Below are positions 58,057 through 64,000 of a DNA stretch of 64,000 nt, piece after piece. The notes below the pieces were generated by a model that saw only the letters and a program-made list of their open reading frames with translations, searched no databases and was not told the DNA's origin. The position numbers and the translations under genes are program-made. Position 1 is the first letter of the stretch. Each line of letters opens with the position of its first letter. Source of the stretch: the human T2T-CHM13v2.0 reference genome, Homo sapiens; NCBI RefSeq assembly GCF_009914755.1, contig NC_060929.1; one strand, written 5' to 3'.

Positions 58057-60164
58057 GCAGGAGAGAGCATGTGCAGGGGAACATCCATTTATAAAACCAT
58101 CAGACCTCATGAGACTTATTCACTACCATGAGAACAGCATGGGGGAAACTGCCTCCATGATTCAGTTATCTCCACCTGGCCCCACCCTTGACACATGGGA
58201 ATTGTTACAATTCAAGATGAGATTTGGGTGGGGACAGAGCCAAACCATATAATTCTTCCCCGGCCCCTCCCAAATCTCATGTCCTCATATTTCAAAAGCA
58301 ATCGTGCCTTCCCCTAAGTCCCCCAAACTCTTATTTCAGCATTAACTCAAAATTCCATAGTCCAAAGTCTCATCTGAGACAAGGCAAGTCCCTTCCACCT
58401 GTGAGCCTGTAAAACCAAAAGCAAGTTAGTTATTTTCTAGATACACAGGGATACAGGCATTGGGTAAATACACCCGTTTCAAACGGGAGAAATTGGCCAA
58501 AGCGAAAGAGCTACAGGCCCCATGCAAGTCCAAAACCCAGCAGGCAAATCTTAGAGCTCCAAAATGACCTCCTTTGACTCCATGTGTCACATCTAGGTGA
58601 TGCAAGAAGTGGGTTCCCAGGGTCTTGGGCAGCCCCGCCCCTGTGGCTTTGCAGGGTACAGCCCCCCCTTCTGGCTGCATTGAGTGTCTGCAGCTTTTCC
58701 AGGCACACAGTGCAAGCTGTCAGTGGATCTACCATTCTGGGGTCTGGAGGATGGTGGCCCTTTTGTGACAGCTCTGCTTGGCAGTACCCCAGTGGGGACT
58801 CTGTGTGGGGGCTCCAACCCCATATTTCCCTTTGACACTGCCCTAGCAGAGGTTATCCATGAGGGCCCCCCGCTGCCCCGCACAGCAAACTTTTGCCTGG
58901 ATTTCCAGGCATTTTCATACATCTTCTGAAATCTAGGCGGAGGTTCATGAACGTTAATTCTTGACTTCGGTGCATCTGCAGGCTTAACACCACCTAGAAC
59001 CTGAAAGGCTTGGAACTTGCACCCTCTGAAGCCATGGCCTGAGGTGTACCTTGGCCCCTTTTACCTATGGCAGGAGCAGCTGGGATGCAGGGCACCAGGT
59101 TCCTAGGCTGCACACAGCAGGGGGTTCTGGACTCACAAGAGCATTTTTCCTTCTAAGCCTCCTGGCCTGTGATGGGAGGGTCTGCTGTGAGGGTCTCTAA
59201 CATGCCCTGGAGACATTTGCCCCATTGTCTTGGTGATTAACATTTGGCTCCTCATTACTTATGCAAATTTCTACAACCCAGTCTCCTGAGAAAATAGATT
59301 TTTCTTTTCTGTTGCATCATCAGGCTACAAATTTTCTGAACTTTTATGCTCTGCTTCTTCTCGAATGCTTTGCTGCTTAGAAATTTCTTCTGTCAGATAC
59401 CTTAAATCATCTCTCTCAAGTTCAAAGTTCCACAGATCTCTAGGGAACTCTAGAAAAAAATTCTTATTTTCACTCTTTCCCGCCTATCTTATGCCCGTTT
59501 CTAACACAGGTGCACAGTGCCTGCAGTGTCTTTGCATAGTAAGAGTGACTTTACTCCATTTCCCAACAAATTCCTCATCTCCCTCTGAGACCACCTCCGC
59601 CTGGACCTTATTGTCCATATCACTATTAACATTTTGGTCAAAGCCATTCAACAAGTCTCTAGGAAGTTCCAAACTTTCCCACATTTTCCTATCCTCTTCT
59701 GAGCCTTCCAAACTGTTCCAGCCTCTCCCTGTTACCCATTTCCAAAGTTGCTTCCACATGTTCGGGTATCTTTACAGCAGCACCCCACTCTACTGGTATC
59801 AACTTATTGTATTAGTCTGTTCTCACACTGCAAATAAAGACATACCTGAGACTGGGTAATTTATAAAGGAAAGAGGTTGAATTGACTCACAGTTCTGCAT
59901 GGCTGGGGAGGCCTCACAATCATGGTGGAAGGCAAGGAGGTGCAAAAGCATGTCTCACATAGTGGCAGGCAGGAGAGAGCATGTGCAGGGGAGCTCCCAT
60001 TTATAAAACCATCAGATCTCATGAGACTTAGTCACTACCACGAGAACAGTATGGGGGGAACCATCCCCATGATTCAGTTATCTGCACCTGGCCCCACCCT
60101 TGACACGTGGGAATTATTACAATGCAAGGTGAGATTTAGGTGGGGACCCATCCAAACTATGTCA
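58057..60164 (-). mobile_element. THE1-type MaLR element, copy 3
   Basis: Same as copy 1. Confidence 0.88.
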
Positions 60165-60869
60165 GTATGTTTTGACTTCTGGCTTGATTGCTAGGTTGCA
60201 TGGAGGACAAACATGGAAATTAATGAAGTACCTTAATATCTGGCTTCAGATCTTAGACAGGATCAGAGGGCCAGCTCAAATTTGCAAGGAGGGGAGGTAG
60301 ATCCCACCATTTTATGGGTGAATGGCAAAATCAAGCAGAAATTATGTGGGACGGGAGATACTGATGCAGGCATCTTTGGAAACATTCTACTTAGCTAATT
60401 TTATGCTAGGCTTTAGGTCAAGAAGGAGAGAGAGAGCTGACATGCTGTGGTACACACTTATAGTCCCAGCGACTTGGAAAGCTGAGGCAGGAGGATTGCT
60501 TGATCCCAGGAGTTTGAGGTAGTGTGCGATGATCGTTCTTGTGAATAGCCACTAGCCACTGAACTCCAGCTTGGGCAACATTGAGACACCCTGTCTCTTA
60601 ATTTAAAAAAAAAAAAAAAAAAAGGAGGAAAGAAAGTGGTCTCAGTTTTTAATGTAAATATTTTTAATGGGATAATGATATTTTAAGATTAATGTATATT
60701 GTATATCAGTTAACTATAGGTCAATAATTATATAAAACTTAAGGTACGAAAAACATTTATTTTTGCTAACATATCCGTGAGTTGACTGTTCTTGGCTTGG
60801 TGAGGCTGCAAGCTGCAGATAGAGTCTAGGTATGATTTCTGTGTGTTTGTTCCCCCTTGGATCAGTGGA

Positions 60870-64000
<3,131 letters not shown>

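Overview
Primate (human-like, Alu-rich) genomic DNA made entirely of a head-to-tail tandem array of a ~20.3-kb unit: three full copies start at 1, 20290 and 40585, and a fourth starts at 60870. The copies differ only by a few SNVs and microsatellite lengths. Each unit carries three main parts. (i) A + strand, intron-containing beta-glucuronidase pseudogene fragment (GUSB exon 5, truncated exon 6, exons 9 and 10; GUSBP/'SMA3-5' type, which suggests the 5q13 SMA segmental-duplication family). (ii) An intact, intronless - strand POM121-like ORF (1164 aa from the first ATG; the open frame is 1272 codons from a GTG), built of four in-frame ~0.8-0.9 kb repeats and ending in a hydrophobic tail. (iii) A co-oriented THE1-type MaLR retroelement just upstream. 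Its ORF-proximal LTR keeps a DUX4-type motif and a TATA box but has lost its polyA segment. The rest is Alu, L1, MER and MLT repeats. The most interesting hypothesis is a gene-bearing macrosatellite with an LTR-driven, repeat-expanded, possibly tail-anchored POM121-like gene. All family assignments are from recognition or recall, not database searches.
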